A DNA stretch of 64,000 nucleotides, from the NCBI RefSeq assembly GCF_964204645.1, contig NC_134028.1, positions 19,963,245-20,027,244 of the forward strand, read 5' to 3'. The notes under the pieces are model-generated. The model saw only the letters and a list, made by a program, of their open reading frames with translations. It had not been told where the DNA came from and did not search any database. Positions 25,001 through 40,000 of this stretch are shown here, piece by piece; position 1 is the first letter of the stretch, and each line of letters opens with the position of its first letter. Source of the DNA: Tubulanus polymorphus (Eukaryota > Animalia > Nemertea). Both the position numbers and the translations under genes were made by a program.

Positions 25001-28000
25001 GTATTAAAAACGATCCAATTGCTCACAACCATAAAAAAACTCACGGCGGATAAGGCATAAGTTCCAACGGTGTTGTTTCTGGTGTATCTATCGTTGTAGA
25101 AGATGTTCTCTATGTCTTTATAGAAATAGTGAGATCTCGTATCTCGATTTTCATAAGACAAAACCATCAGAATTCCAACATATATCGTGTAGAATATGAT
25201 CTCCCAGATAATGTTCACCATTTCGATTTCCTTAAGCCTAAAAGAGATGAGAATTGACCATGTTAACACGACAAAGAACAAGGTTGCAGTTTTGCGGGTA
25301 GGATCGGGGAAAAGAACTGAAATATTTATGTATGTCATTCTAACCATGAGTTAAATTTCGCTTACGGCTGAGGAACCGCGTTTTAACTGGCTGCTTAGCG
25401 TTTAAACCAAACAACAAATGAACTGTTACTACGATTCCGACTAAAAAGCATTTGGTCCTAAGTGTGAATACCATGTATCTCTGCCTTTGTCATCTTTATT
25501 GGAACATGGATTCTTGATTCCATGATTGGAATGGCCTACAGTCTATTCCCTCTTATTCCAGGTAGCTTTTAGTTCCTCACCATGTATATATGTCTTCAGT
25601 TTATCGAGGCTGTCATCTGACTTGATTTGTTTTGATTTATCTCTATTGCCTAAATTGTATTCATTCGTACGTACCTCTTATCCCTGGCAGCTTTAAGTTC
25701 TTCCTCGTCCGGTGGCAGTGGTATGGCTTTATATCGAGCGATTTTTTCTTTAATATCAGGCGAGTTGCAGTAAGGATCGTGCAACCACTCCTCGTTGTCC
25801 TTGAGGCTGTTGTCGTACTCGCTCTCGTCCGGTTCCTCAAGGTCGGGTTTCTTGATGATCAGGGCGTAAAGAAGGGCCAAAAACAAAACCTGAAAAATGT
25901 CAAGGGAAGTGAAATGACAATGAAACGATCATTCATCTACTGAATGAAAAAACGAAAAAAAAAGAAATATATTAATCTTTATTTATCTAAGCATAATAAA
26001 TTACATACAATTAATGTAAACATAATAATGGCAATCAATGCATAGAGATGTGATAACACTTCATCACAAAAGTAAAAAAAAATGCAAAAAGTTCGAACCC
26101 ACGTGAGAATATACTATGGTGAATGTACTACGGTACCTTAATCGGTTGTTGAAGCATGATCGACTGGATGAGAGAAACTCCAAATGATGCAATCCACTCC
26201 TTAGAGCCTGATAACCCGAGGTCTTTGGAGAACATGTTCGCGAAATAGAAGCTCACTGCCACGGCAATAAATGCAAGCGTATGGCCGACAATCACACACC
26301 ACCACGGCAAAACCACTTTCTTCTTCTTCTTTTTCTGGTCGTCTTTTTTCGGTGATTCTGGTATTTTCCCGTAGCCCGATGCGTCCGTGTAGCTGATTTT
26401 CTGACTGGTTTGGGAATCTTTCCAAGGTCGTCGCGATGGTGTCGCGGATTTTCTCTCGCCTGAACCGTAAATAAGTACAAATGATTAGTAAGATAAGTAG
26501 CTAAATTCCAGTCAAAACGGGCTTGATTTAGGTATTTACGTGCCTGTATCTAGATACTCTTTTTCGTTTTGCAACTCTATTTCCATCGCCTCCGAAGCCT
26601 GGTCCGACTTCATTTCGCTGTATTTCGAGTCGCACACGCGTTTGTTGCGACAACATTTGCCACAGGCGTTCGGTGGCCAGGGACCGGACATCCTGAACAG
26701 CAGCACGATAAACACATTCACCGGTACGATTATCAACGACGCCAGGATAGAAACGACCAGTTGCTCGAGCGTAAACTTGATCGGCCCGATGACAATTTGC
26801 GTGACGTTTTGCCGCATCGCCATCGCCTTGTAGAAGGTCAAACTGGCCATCATCGACACGTAGACGAGGGTTAAACAACACGTCAATCTCTGAACGCGGG
26901 TGAAGTTGCTTTTCGGAGGTCTTTTGAAAACCGATAACCAAATATGCCCGTCGGAGAGGTCTTTGCGAGTTTTCGACCAGAATAGATAGTTGAAGGCTTT
27001 CATCTCGATGTCTCCCGCTAGGGGAATTATTCTGTCGATCTGAAAAAACGCATCGACATATCTCGAGTGGACGATTGCTTCATTAATGCTAAGGGTCCAT
27101 TAAGGCCTACTAGTTTTAAACGTTATTACGTAGGTAGTAAATAATTAATTAAAAACGTTTATATTAACCATAACTTGCAAGGTCTGGCCCATTGCTAATT
27201 CCATCCGTACTGCTCACGTTTCAAAAAGCAATCTACGTATATTTCGGATCATTTCTTGCTTATCAGTGCTTATTTGATGAGAACTGTTGCAGCTAAGAAC
27301 ATATTTTGGTTATACATGTATCAGTATTTACAATGCTTAGGCAAAACAACACGTAAGGTCCCAGTGGAGAAGAAGGAATTGGAATGACACTCACCAAACC
27401 GTCTTCTTGTTCTACGGCCAACCATTTGTCACAAATGAACAGATATCTATCCAGAGTTTGAATATCGGTTACTTGCATCTGGTTGAAAAACCAAGACGGA
27501 TTCTTGCCACCATTATCGTGCCAAATACTGAATGATACATTTCAAAATTAACTTTCTATCATTAGGAGAAACTGAATAAGACAGTATGGTATCGAAGATC
27601 TACACTTGACAGTAAGAAACGCTTAGTTCTCCTAATTCAGATGTTGATAGAATTTCATTTAGAAATGATTTAATGTATTAGAACGTATTACCGTAAGTGC
27701 GCTAAGTTTCCCAGCGGTTTCGGCACTACCATAATGAACGAATTAACATCGCCTTTTTGAAGAACCTTCCTTTTCTCATCCATTAAAACTCTGGGACCCG
27801 TATCACCATCTTCACCGGTCAATACAAACGATACTTGAGCTGTCGTACCTGAAAATGTAAACACATGAGGTACCGCAGGAAACACGTACGTAAGTCAGGT
27901 GATAGATCTAAGGAACTTTCAAAGGGAATACGAGTTGGATTTCGTTCACAATACCGGCTTCTTTCGCTTCTCCTGTAGTTACGAGTATTTCATAAATGTA

Positions 28001-31000
28001 TTTATCTCGGGGATCGTTATCCGGCAGCGGCGTGGAACCAGCCTATCGAAAAATAGGTATAATGATGTTAATACTATCCATTGATAATTCGTTAAAAAGC
28101 ATTTTTACACAACATCAACTACAAATGTAAAACTATGCGTCAGTAACACAGTGAAGGGTTAGATACGACCATCAAGGCCATGTTGTCTCAAATACTCAAA
28201 TAACATTTTTAGAGATTTTGACAGACATTTTTAGGGTTTTGACTGTGCAACTATCGGTCCAGAACATATCTTGTTATTGTGAATTTCTGAAACCTTACCC
28301 TTACGAGATCTTTTCTGTCGGCTTTAACAGCCCAGATCAGTAGAATTAAGTATAAACATAGTAGAGACACCATCGTACCGAACACCACTGGATTGTCGTT
28401 AGGATTGAGAAATCCGCCGCTAAAATCTATTTTCGGTAGAGGAATCGTAAAAGACGACCCGAACGTCGTCAAATGTGTGCATTTACACTGCGTGCTATCA
28501 CTAGTAGTTAGGTCACCAACCTGTGGTAGAACATAGATACGATTAGCGCCAGAGATTTCAAACTACAGCCAACCCCCGGTATACCGGCCACATCGGTTCA
28601 GAACGATTTTGACTATATGGAGAGTGAATGGCGGTATATCGGGGTGTTTTACTATGTATTTGTATTGAGATATACATTGGCGGTAGGTGGGGGCGGCGGT
28701 AAATGGGAGGGTTATTAAATTTGACTGGTGGCCAGCGCCTCGAGTCAAGAACGAAAGAATACTTCAAGTGGATTTTACTCAGAACAAAGGAGGGCGGCCA
28801 GTCAAAACTAGATATTGATTATGACTAGGATCCAGAATGAATTTTGACTTCGGGGAGCTTCCTCAAAAATCGTATTCCACGTCAGATGAAGTAAGAGGGG
28901 TTTCCAAGAGGATATTTTACCGTGCAGCCAGCATTCGACCATTCTTCGGTCTTTGTATTCCAGTACAAGCAATCAGCAGTGAAAAATGATGCATTGTACA
29001 TAGCCTCCTTGTAATCATCGACAGTTGCATTGGCAGGATCTGCAAACGAATCGTAGACGGTATCTTGAAGAATTCGGAATAAATTTTCAAGAAATGCATG
29101 CTTGCGTCATAGAATCGGGCATCTAACCTATAGTTCCATTCAAAGCCTTGATGCCAACATAAACTGGTTTATCGGTTCTGCAAGAAAAAAGTCGTTCAGT
29201 ATGATATGCAGGTTAAAATATCTGATTAAATCGAAAACTTACTCGCGCAAAGAATGACTTGAAATATTTTGGATTAAAACTGTTAAGCTTATGCAGAACA
29301 ATCAATACTTGGTGTCAATACATCGTTTACCCATTTAGAATGTTGTGGAACAAGCATGTATTCAGATCCCTTTCTGCTGCTGTAGAGCCATTCACATCAG
29401 TTTCAGCATGAAAGGGCAGCGTGCAGTTGAAATCATGTTTAGAAACAGTTGGACGTGAACCGACTTTGACGAAAACGACGAATCTCGTTATATTCTCCGA
29501 AAGAACAAAACCACCAGGAGGATCTTTAACAAAATTGAGAAACAATTCAGAAATGTGTATTCACACGCTTACTACGTGACCTGAAATGTTTAAGTCTAAT
29601 GATATCGGTTGCACCATTGACAAAGTTCATGTTCTTCGATATCATAATCTTTCATCCATGAATTCAAATCAACGCTTTAAAAAAACTTTCGCTGATAACA
29701 ACCGTAATTACAAATCAAGTTAACTCCGACCGTTCGTAGATTGTGTAGATGATGACAATAAAAAGGAGTGTGAGTACCTTTCATCGGGGCTGTTGTAGTA
29801 ACATTAATTTTTGGATTTATCGACGGAGTTGAATTTGTCAGTGAAGTCACAGTTGCAGATGTCCCAGTGACAATAGTTTTGGTATTGGTAATACCGGCAG
29901 TTGTTGCGCCGAAAGTGGTAACATTGGTTACATCAGTTACATTGAATGAAGTAGTGTCCAATGTCTGGTCTGGAGTCTTAAAAATCGTGTAATTTGGTAA
30001 AGTAGTTCGGGGAGTACTACTGGAAGTTGCAGCGCTCGGAGAAGTAACGCTGGAACTCGAGGATGTAACCGTATTTGAAGTCGTGCTATTTGAAATTGAA
30101 GACAACTTTGTAGTTGGGGCTTGCTGCGTGTTGTTGTTGGTAGTCGATTCTGTTGTGCCGTTGACGAGGTCCGTGGCGTTTTCACTTAATACAACTTTAA
30201 TGCCGAGCGTTGCGTCAAGTGGTACCGTTATAGTATGGATCAGCATTTCCTCATTAGGCTTCGTCGATTCTACAACACTTATATCTGGAATCTAAGTACA
30301 TTAAAAAAAAAAACATGATAAAGTGCAATATCTGATATTACTAATTAACATTATCAACAGTTTCTTTGCTACGATATTTACGCCGTTTCGTTTCCTTTCG
30401 ATAACTAGTACGATCGGGTCTGGCAGACCGCCAACGATCATCGGGTCACCGGTTTCATTTCTCATATCTAACGACAGTAGTCCTGACGTCACTTCCTTGG
30501 GTTTGGTTGCCGCGTTGTTACCGGTGTTGTTCGAAAACGTATAAATGTTTGAACTGATTGAAAGACACTTAAATACGAAGAACACGAAAACGTGTTAACA
30601 TACATTTTTGATATCCGACAAAATATAGGAGAAATTGTATACTTAGAGCTTTTGATGTTCCACTAATACGAACCTTTGACTCTACAAAGTAAGTCGTGTC
30701 ATTCCCTTCTCCGACTATCAACGAAGGGTTAGGCAAATCTATTTTATCCTTCGAGTTTTTCCTGCCAGGCGTGATAGGTTCTAAATTGCAAAAAGAAACT
30801 CAATTAGTCGATTCAAATAGTAATAAATCGAACATTTTGATATTACGTACTTTTGGATAGCTCTCCAGAAAACCTCTTTTCCAGACTCATACTCATTGAT
30901 GCTGTTGTCATAACGCTTGGCTCGTCGCCGGGAACTTTTCGTTGCATCACAATCATAACCATACAAGATTTAACTAATGTGTCCAAATCCAGAATATACT

Positions 31001-34000
31001 GTTTAGCCTAAAACGATCATAACAACATAAACATGTCTATTGGAAAGTCGCGTCATGCAAAATATTAGTTGAACAAACGATTGATTTTTATAATGGTATC
31101 TGTTTAGTCATTTGTGTATAAACCTCATATTGTCTTCTAACCCCTAGCAAAATGTTGGCCATACGTACATGTATATCCTATTGTCTTGTAACCGAATTTG
31201 CATTATAGCCTTTTGAGGCTATATGTACTGGATAGTCAAAACGTGTGGCTTTATCTCACATTTAAACCTTCGCAGAAATTACATGCGTTTTTTTAGATGC
31301 GTTGGACTTTCGCGCTTTACCATCATCGTAAGAAATGAATCTTTGAACGACCGCGTTGGAAGACTTATCGACGGCGTTCAACAGTGTCGATGAATACTTT
31401 TGACTCAGCCGTTAAAACAGTTAATCACATACCGTATTTACAACATCATCCAGTTTTAGCATTTCTTTCTGTAATTCAGCCGGAGACAAAGTTCTTGTTG
31501 GAGGAGTATTTTGTTGTTTACTATTCGGATTCAACATCGATTCATACATGGCAATTTCTTTTTGCGCATTTTTGCTGACCTCTCCAGCACCAATAGCCGC
31601 ATTTCCTAAATTGAATAGACCCATTATACTAAGATAAATCTTCGAAACCTTAGATCAGAGAAAAGAAACAAAAGCCAATTAAGAACTTGAATTCGATCGC
31701 AGACCCGTGGCCCAAGAGCTGCTTCCACACTCGCAGTTCAAATTTGAATCAAGCATTAATTTTTGTCGTCGTATCAGAAATGATGATCATTTGGTTAATA
31801 GGGTCTGGTCGCTTGAAGCCAGTAGTAAACTGATATGAGTTTTACGTTTGAGTTGAATACAATCGGAAAGGAATAATGTTCAGTATAGTTTATAGTGTAC
31901 AATCTTAGAAATAACCTACCGACCACTTCCAGTAAAAACCTGCTAACGCTCTCAATGTCTTCGGCGGAACTTTCAACTTGACCCGCGCGTTGAATTGACA
32001 TATGACAGTAATCCGTCAGTATTGCGTAAAGCAATTCCTATTTGACATCAAAAGAAGATGGAAAACTTATAAGTAAACTGGAACTGTTTTCTGTAGACCT
32101 TATTTAGTGACGCAAGCATAATGGGTATTAAAGAGGTTCACTGAATTTCGACCCGCGAGATTCTTTTTTCGATTACTTTTACTCGCCAACCAACTTCTCT
32201 TGAAAATAAACTATATTTATATAACCAAACTTGATGAAACCTTTCAGTGCGTCTACACCGCAGTGCGGGGTATAAATCGATAATGGACTTTGTTAGTACG
32301 CCGCACTGGCTACCGCACTAGAAGGTATTGATTAGTCAGCACCGAAAGGGTTTCAATTAGATAAAATCGTTTCGTTACAACTTACAATCGTTCTAATGGA
32401 TAACTCGTCATGACGCGCTGTTACTACACCTAACGCTGAAGCTAGCTGGTTCAAAACGCCGATAGTAGGAGGCGTTATTGCTGTATATTCGCCCACAACT
32501 AATTCACGATACTGAAAAATAAATCATGCGTCATCGGAGTGAGACCGATGCCAAATTTTTGGTATTTATCAAGTTGTCAGTTGGGACAAGTCCAAGAACA
32601 TTTTCAAATCCTCGTCGGAGTTGTTAGTATCAGTCGTCCAAACCGTGCTCATTAATTGGGCTTAGATCAGCCCAGTAATGTCGGGTCAAATGTCAACCCT
32701 GAACAAAGGGCTTACTTGATTTGGTAGGACGGGATATGGTTACGGATGATACCGGTATTGAAATCCTCAATGGATTACCACTGGATTACCTTTTCTCTCA
32801 CTTTTTGTCTGGCAAGAAGGGATTCGTTCCTCGGTGGTATATTCGCTGCATCAAACGTTTGGTTCAGCGAATTCAAATCTGTTTATGTAAAATAAACAAG
32901 AAACGAATAACAGATCTCCAATCCCTTATTATCAAAATGAATTTCATAATTCCAGTCGTATAAACGATATGAATGCTGCTAAAGATTCAACAGAAGAAAA
33001 ACAAATGGCTCAAAACCTCCATATCCAACCGTGTCAATGTCGTGTTAGAATTTGAGGACACCCTAAAACTAATGCGATCCGTTTAATATTTAATAGGCTT
33101 TATGTGCCATCGTGTAAAGAATGCTTACAATCGTTGAACTGTGCATCATCACTGGCCGCTTCGTTATTCAGATAGCCGCCGTATAAACCAATGAACTGAG
33201 CGAATCCTGCAAGATTAGCTGCCGCCAATTGATCCTGAATCTTCGCTTCAACCACTGACCATTTAGACAGAGTATTGGCGATAGTTTTAGGCGTAGGTGG
33301 CAGCACCTGTAAAAGTATTAGGTGGTTTATATTGCTGGACTTACGAAAGCGCGGCTTTAAGATTTAGAAAACAACGTTGAAGTGGAATATATAAGAATTG
33401 CTATAATGCAGACCATGCCCGTGCAATCACATGCTGTCTTAAATTGTTACTAAGACACAAGCTATACACACGACCAAGCCACGTCGTATAGCTATTTTAA
33501 CTAAATTACTAAATAGTTTTAAAATCAATTAAATCCAAATATACATTTAAAATTGTGTTGCTTTTCCGGGATTTTCAATGGAATGAATGGCCAATCATGA
33601 CGTACAATGAACGTGTGATGACGTCATGTACAAACGATCTGTTTTCACCAACAAATCAGGTTTTTTATTTCATAAAAATCACGACGTACTTTGACTGAAA
33701 GGAACATATCAGTAAGGGCACCCAGCCGGTCTAAACAACGCAATGTCACATTTAAGTGATAGTCATTAGACACTAAACCTGTCGGTAACATTGAGGGTTT
33801 TTCCATCGTCGCGTTGTTGCCTGAAATTGAATTGAAAACCTAAGTAAAATTACACTCCGAAATTACAATCTTAAAATCGTATGATAGATCTACAATACAA
33901 TAACAGTCAGTATAATTGTCGGGATTGTAAATGATACTTGATTTTCAATTGTTTCTAATTCAAAAGAAAAATGTATTTTCGTGATGATTGCTACGACGCA

Positions 34001-37000
34001 GCCATTATTTGACGTTTATATTGCTTGAACAATGTCGGTCATCAGCTTAAGTAACCACTGTCATTATATCAGAAGAATCTTTTTCGTGGAAAAAGTGTTT
34101 TAAATATCATATCTCACCGTCGTAAATCCAAATGGGATCATCTGTAGGCTTTACCCTGTAAGCGATCTTGTACCGAAGTGGACCGTCCTGATCGCTACAA
34201 TCCTTACTACAGAAAACGTTAAACTCTGTACCGATTGCCGTTCCTTCAGGCGGATCCACACCGCAAATCCCTTCCTTCGGAGTATCGTTTATCTCGAACG
34301 GCAGACTGGCCTTTCCTATCGATGCAAAGAAAAACTAACAGGATCCGTTTTGAAGTTATATCTGAGGTCAACTAAGTTATCAGTTAAGATTCTCATGTTT
34401 GGAGTTGAAAATGACGTATTAAACCTCGTATAAATTTCCAATTACATGAACCAAACGTCCGCCGACTAGTTTGCTATCTCTTCCTAGGGCCTTCTAGACC
34501 GAAGATACTAGCGGTCCAAGATTTCAATACAGACACCATTTCAAAAGGGCACAAGCAGATGCAAAAAAGGAACATTTAGGCCCTAAGAGAAAGACGTAGC
34601 TCTCTTAAACTGATTTTGTTTTCTGATGAAGCTAGTGTGCAGTAGTGAATATCAGTATGTGGACGCTTCGGGAAATTAAATATTGACAGAGTCATTCATT
34701 TGGAAACCATGATCATGCTGTTTTGGCGCCCTCTCATCATAGGTTATATGCCAGAAACTGACCTAAAGACAAAACCACAAATATCCATTCAGCCAAGCCG
34801 AATTAAAGTAAGATAGACACGATGATTTTATACCTTTGATTTTCGGGTTTGCTGTCCTCCACGACTGCACTAATAGCGCGTATCTCGCATCTTGATCGGT
34901 TCTCAAATTGTTGAAATAGCCATCTACAGCTGGGTATATAGAAATGTAATCATGCGTGATACCAGTGGGCACTGATTTCGCCCAATCGTTTAGCGCAATT
35001 GTTTGGAAAAGGATTGTGTGACCTTGGATTTTCACTTTTCTCAACGTCCAGCTAAAATGCGATTTTTCATGTCAACATATATCCCACACGTATATGTACG
35101 TGAAAAATCCCACAATAATTCAGCCAAATATCTAAAGCGATTAGCAAAACTCCTTCCGAATTGGTTCAGACGTACTGATGATTGCGAATAGTCTTTAGCC
35201 CAAACGTTGCTCAAATTGAGGGAAATTGTCCATCGAATGGTGGATAATTGTATTTACGCGACGAGAGACTGAGGACCACGCACTGGCGCCATCTATCACT
35301 AAACCTTCACGTGCGCTCGCAGCTGTTCAATAGCCAATCGGATACCTTGCGCCTTAGTCTCTGCAGAGCTGCGTCATGATAGGTAGACGTGTTTTGAGCA
35401 TTCGTTCTCGCGAAAATCCATCTTAGTCGTCGCATTTTACTTTGTTGGCGCCGACGAAGTAGGGGCCACTGTTATTTATCATGTGCGCTGTAACAACACA
35501 ACTGTAATATACACTTCCATTCTAGAACTTATGACCTTTGGCTGAATTTATTATGGGATTTCTCCCGCATATTTATCTTATACGGATGTTGTGTATCTTC
35601 ACGCCTTATCCAGTTTGTTACCTATTACTTCGGATTATCTGGAAAACATCGAATGATTTGATTATCATTACCTATGATTGGAGAAGGGTCGTATAAACTT
35701 ACTCGAAACCGAAATCGCGAAGCCCCGGGAAATTTGTGATGGTCGTTCCTATTGAAAATCGGCTGCTGGGATTCATTTTAGTTTGACAGTTCGTAACACA
35801 TCTAAAAACAAAAACGATTACCAAAATTTACGCAAAGGTTTTGCAGAAATTACCGAAAATGTGTCTTGAAGTTTTTTTTGAGAAACGTCATCGATTCCGT
35901 ACAGTTTACATGTGTGATATCGAGGCCGTTTTTAGTTACTCGGAGTAGGGATTTTTTTCAAAAAAGTGGGAGAACGAAGGGAAAAAATAAAAATGAGCTA
36001 TTTTGGACGTTTTAAAACGGAAGGGAACGGAAATTCGTATTTAAAATAAAATTATTGTTTGAGTATTTTCCACACAAAACCTCGGAAGGACTGCATAAAA
36101 TAAGCAAAAAGTTGTAATGAATTTGAATCAAATGTCGGAAGAAATAAATTTTTTCAAATCACGAGATCTAGAAATTAAGATGAATATAACTTTAGTAGAT
36201 ATATAATTACAGAACAACAAATAGGATAAATCAAAGTATAATGAATTAGGAGCAAAAGAAATCATGAATACGATGAATTAGTAACTTGTGAAAGTTTCTA
36301 GATTTAAAATCGAGGCTGATATGATGAAGCAATTATTTTGTTATTGAAAAAAAATTTAAAAAAAAACCCTTGTAATGAAAGGTTTAAAGCCTATTAATGT
36401 CAGATTTAGCCGCGTACGCTTGGGGATCTACGGCGGACAAGGTAGACGTCCTACGAAGGGGACTTAACTGTATTCGTACTACAAAGATAACACTTACATC
36501 ATTTTGATGTCAGGTGGGTCGCCGTTAACCACTGATACTGACTGCTCAAAATACGCTGCTCTCAGGCCGCCCCAAAACGGGTCATATTTCAGTACCATGA
36601 GTTTCAACGTTAAGTTGAAAGCTTCGTTCCAGTTAGCGGTATCAACTACGAAGCTGGCCGTATCGATACGTTTGCCTTTTGCGTCATACATTAAACCTGC
36701 AGTTGTAAAAAGGGAATTCTAACTGTTCGTAGATAAGATACCAGTTCCATCGGTTTTCAAGGGTCGAAAGGACCAAACACACTAGATGTTATGGCCAGGA
36801 TGGATTTTTAGAGAGAATTCGTTTTTTTGTTGTTGTTTTGGTGCGGGCGCCAAAACGGAGAACGGATTTCTTAAAAGGAAATTCGTCGTTTCTGCTGTTT
36901 TCATTATGAATTACAGTACACATTCATTCATTATGTACATACATTTTATATGTTCTAGATTCAATTCCTACCTGGATATTGTATTTCATCTGCGTATTTG

Positions 37001-40000
37001 ACACATCCGACGGTGGTGAGTGGTCTACTGGACTGGCTGGCGCTGGCCGCATCTAATAACGGAGTCAAATCCCCTGGATTACACAACCTCCCTTCACTCA
37101 TCACGTTAAAATACTGGTCATATGTGGCGAAAGTTTCGCAGTATTTTTTGCAATACCAATCGAATTTCAACTTCGACATGTCTCTATCCGGATCGTCGGG
37201 ATCGTAGGTAGAATCACCGACGGACACCGTCACGTTAGCGAACCATTTCATAGTTGTCTCGTAGCCGCCTTTGATGTTGACGACTAACGGCGTTCTTATT
37301 ACGAAAATATCACCAGACACAACCTTGAAAATACCCTGCTCTTCGTGCATGGATACGTTCAATTCCAGCCGATAGTTCCCGTACGAGAAAAACCGAGGCG
37401 CGAAGTAAATCATACGCAAACTAGAAGACGATAGTACAGTACCGTTCAACTCGTCTTCGGTCATCTCGACGAACTCGCCGTTTTCCTGTTTGAAAATGGT
37501 CCAAGTGTAATTGGCGATTTTCGACGAAGTACAATTCAGAATCGGGACGGAATTTACGACGAGACTCTCCGATCGTAGCACGCCGAAGGCGCCTGGGTAT
37601 CTTCGATAGTCCCCACAGTCAGGATATCGCATGTTCGCGCATACATCCGGGATTTGAAGAGTGACATTCGGGGGATAACACGGCCCGCGAGTAACCACTA
37701 AAGGGATCGGTAAAGTCCGACGACTAACGACGTTTACCGCGTCCAGTATAACGGAATAAAAAGCGGCCGTCATCATTTTCATTTTCGGCAACTGTATACC
37801 GTTGCTATATTGACTACGTTCATTGGCAGTGAAGAATTTCTTGCAATCAGGCGCTATAGCGGCTATTTTTGAACCGTGTTCGCCTCTCTGACAGGATGCG
37901 GCGTCGCCGTACATGTACTCCCGACAAGGCGTAGCAATTTTGAAATCTATATAATAGCAAGCTCCTTCGGCGTTATTTCCTAGTTTCAATGTCGCTGATA
38001 TACTCGTATTCCTGATAACGATTGGGTCCACGATTAGATTAATATCGCCCACGGGGTATCTCAGTTCTATGGTTTGCACCGGTGCTGTGGCAGCATTCAA
38101 TACGTTTGAGGCCGAGAGCTCCACCGCGATCGTCTGCGGAGTGTTGAACACGTGTTCACTCGATGTTAGATTATTGTAGATGACGGCGTTGGTTTTTGCG
38201 CCGAATTTCCACGTTAAATGCATGTGCGAGCCCCAGTCGCGCGTGGCAATGCCATAGACTACATAACTAGTCGGGTAGGCATTCGGTTTACCGTTTAACA
38301 TCCAGCCACCGCGCAACTTGTCCGATCCAGGGATATAGGGATCGAGATACATGATCTTAAAGCCTAAGTTCACAATTTTTGCATATATGTTGGCCGTAAT
38401 ATTCAAAGATTTCTGCGAGACAGCGTTGGTGAGGTTTGCCCGAACTTGGAATGGATTACCGTTTTTATAAACGTGTGGAATTTCTATCAAAACGCATCCA
38501 CCAGCTACTGTGCACAATGAAGGGCTTAAACTCCTTCTTTTCCTTCGACCGAGCGCGGCGTTTTGGCCGATCAATTCCGTTACATTTTCGCCGTCACCGA
38601 AATCAATCGCGCACGTTGAATTAGTCGGGAAAGGTTTATTTTCTGCCAGTTTCACTTGGAATTTTGCGTTGTAGGTGGCGCCTTGGGGTATTTCCTGGAT
38701 CGGGGCGTTAGTTGTTGTAATGAAATGCAACCCCACGTGATCGATTGGGATTTGAATAACCATCGGGATGTTGTTCGTCGTTGATAACACACTGACGCTG
38801 TTAAAGGCCGTTACGTTGACGAGAAACTGGCCATCCGTTTGAAAAGCGTGTTGCACTTGCTTGAGTTTGCCGACTTCGGCGTCGACCGTTTCGTTCAATC
38901 CGTCTTGAAATTCGAAAATCAATTTTACCCGTGATCCCCCCATAACCGTCGCTCCAAACTTGAGGTTTATACCGATTTTGGCGATATTAACTCCAAAATA
39001 GGCGGATTTGACGCTGTCTATCTTTATATCCGCCTCGACTCGATGGGTGTAGTTGAGGAAACTAACTAGATTGGAAATATTCACGTGCACCAGGTAAGTT
39101 CCTGGCTTGTTTATGGTGAAGTTGATTCGACGGTCGTCGAGGGTGAAATGTCCGTTGTCTGTTAGATTATAATCGTCTACCCAAATTGCGTACATAGGAT
39201 CCGTTGGGAACGGGATTCCAGCAGCAGCAATGAAGTTCGTCCCTACCATTCCTAAAATGGATGGGTGCAAATGTCACCGTCAGATTCGTTAAGTTTCGTA
39301 AGATAGATACAATTGGAAAAAACGGTCAACATTCCATATTTGGTTTGCACGAATTAGCAGTTTTGATACACTTCATTTTGATAGAAAATTTATAAAAACA
39401 CAAATCAATTCGGCTGAAATATTTACCTTTTAGCGGTATCAGCATGTCGGTTTTTTTATCACGTTGCAAAACGAGCGGCGAATTCGACGAGAAATTGATC
39501 GCTCTCACCGGATGTTGGACGAGAACCGCGAATTCCCTGAACACGCTTCCGAGCGGATTTTTCAGCGTAGCTTTGATCGTAAAGTTGCCCGGATTAGAAA
39601 ATCGATGCAACGTAGAGACGGTCGTATAATTGTCGCTAGATTGGAACCAATCGTTTGCCGAGGGCGTCCCGTCTCCGAACTCGTATTGTGCAGTTACCCG
39701 GGTGGCTGTTACCGGCGCTACGGTAATATTCACATCCTCGGCCGTCGGAGCGAACGGACGGTCCACCGAAAGGACCTCCGTGTCCGTAAACGGCACGTCG
39801 ACTTCTATCACCGAAACGGCTGTTGAAACACTTATATCGTTGTAGACGGTCAAATTAAGTGTATAGTTGTGGACGTTTTTCTGGCCTGGAATAACAATTT
39901 TTCCTTTGATGGTCGGGGTTGTTCGCAACAACGAAACATCGGCTATTGAAACGCCGTCGATAGTGGCGTTCAATATCAATTCTGTCCCGGTCTTTGTCGT

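Noticed and set aside
31282-31432. Apparent 36-nt intron and extra exon (YSSTLLNAV...) in the polycystin gene
   Set aside because: The phase-0 donor at 31432 joins cleanly to the phase-0 acceptor at ~31007 (AKQYIL...), so no micro-intron is needed.
34621-34660. Further hammerhead-like cores (also ~8158-8190 and ~56982-57020)
   Set aside because: Each has a mutated catalytic core (GAAU, AAAA, or loss of CUGA), so they are treated as dead relics.
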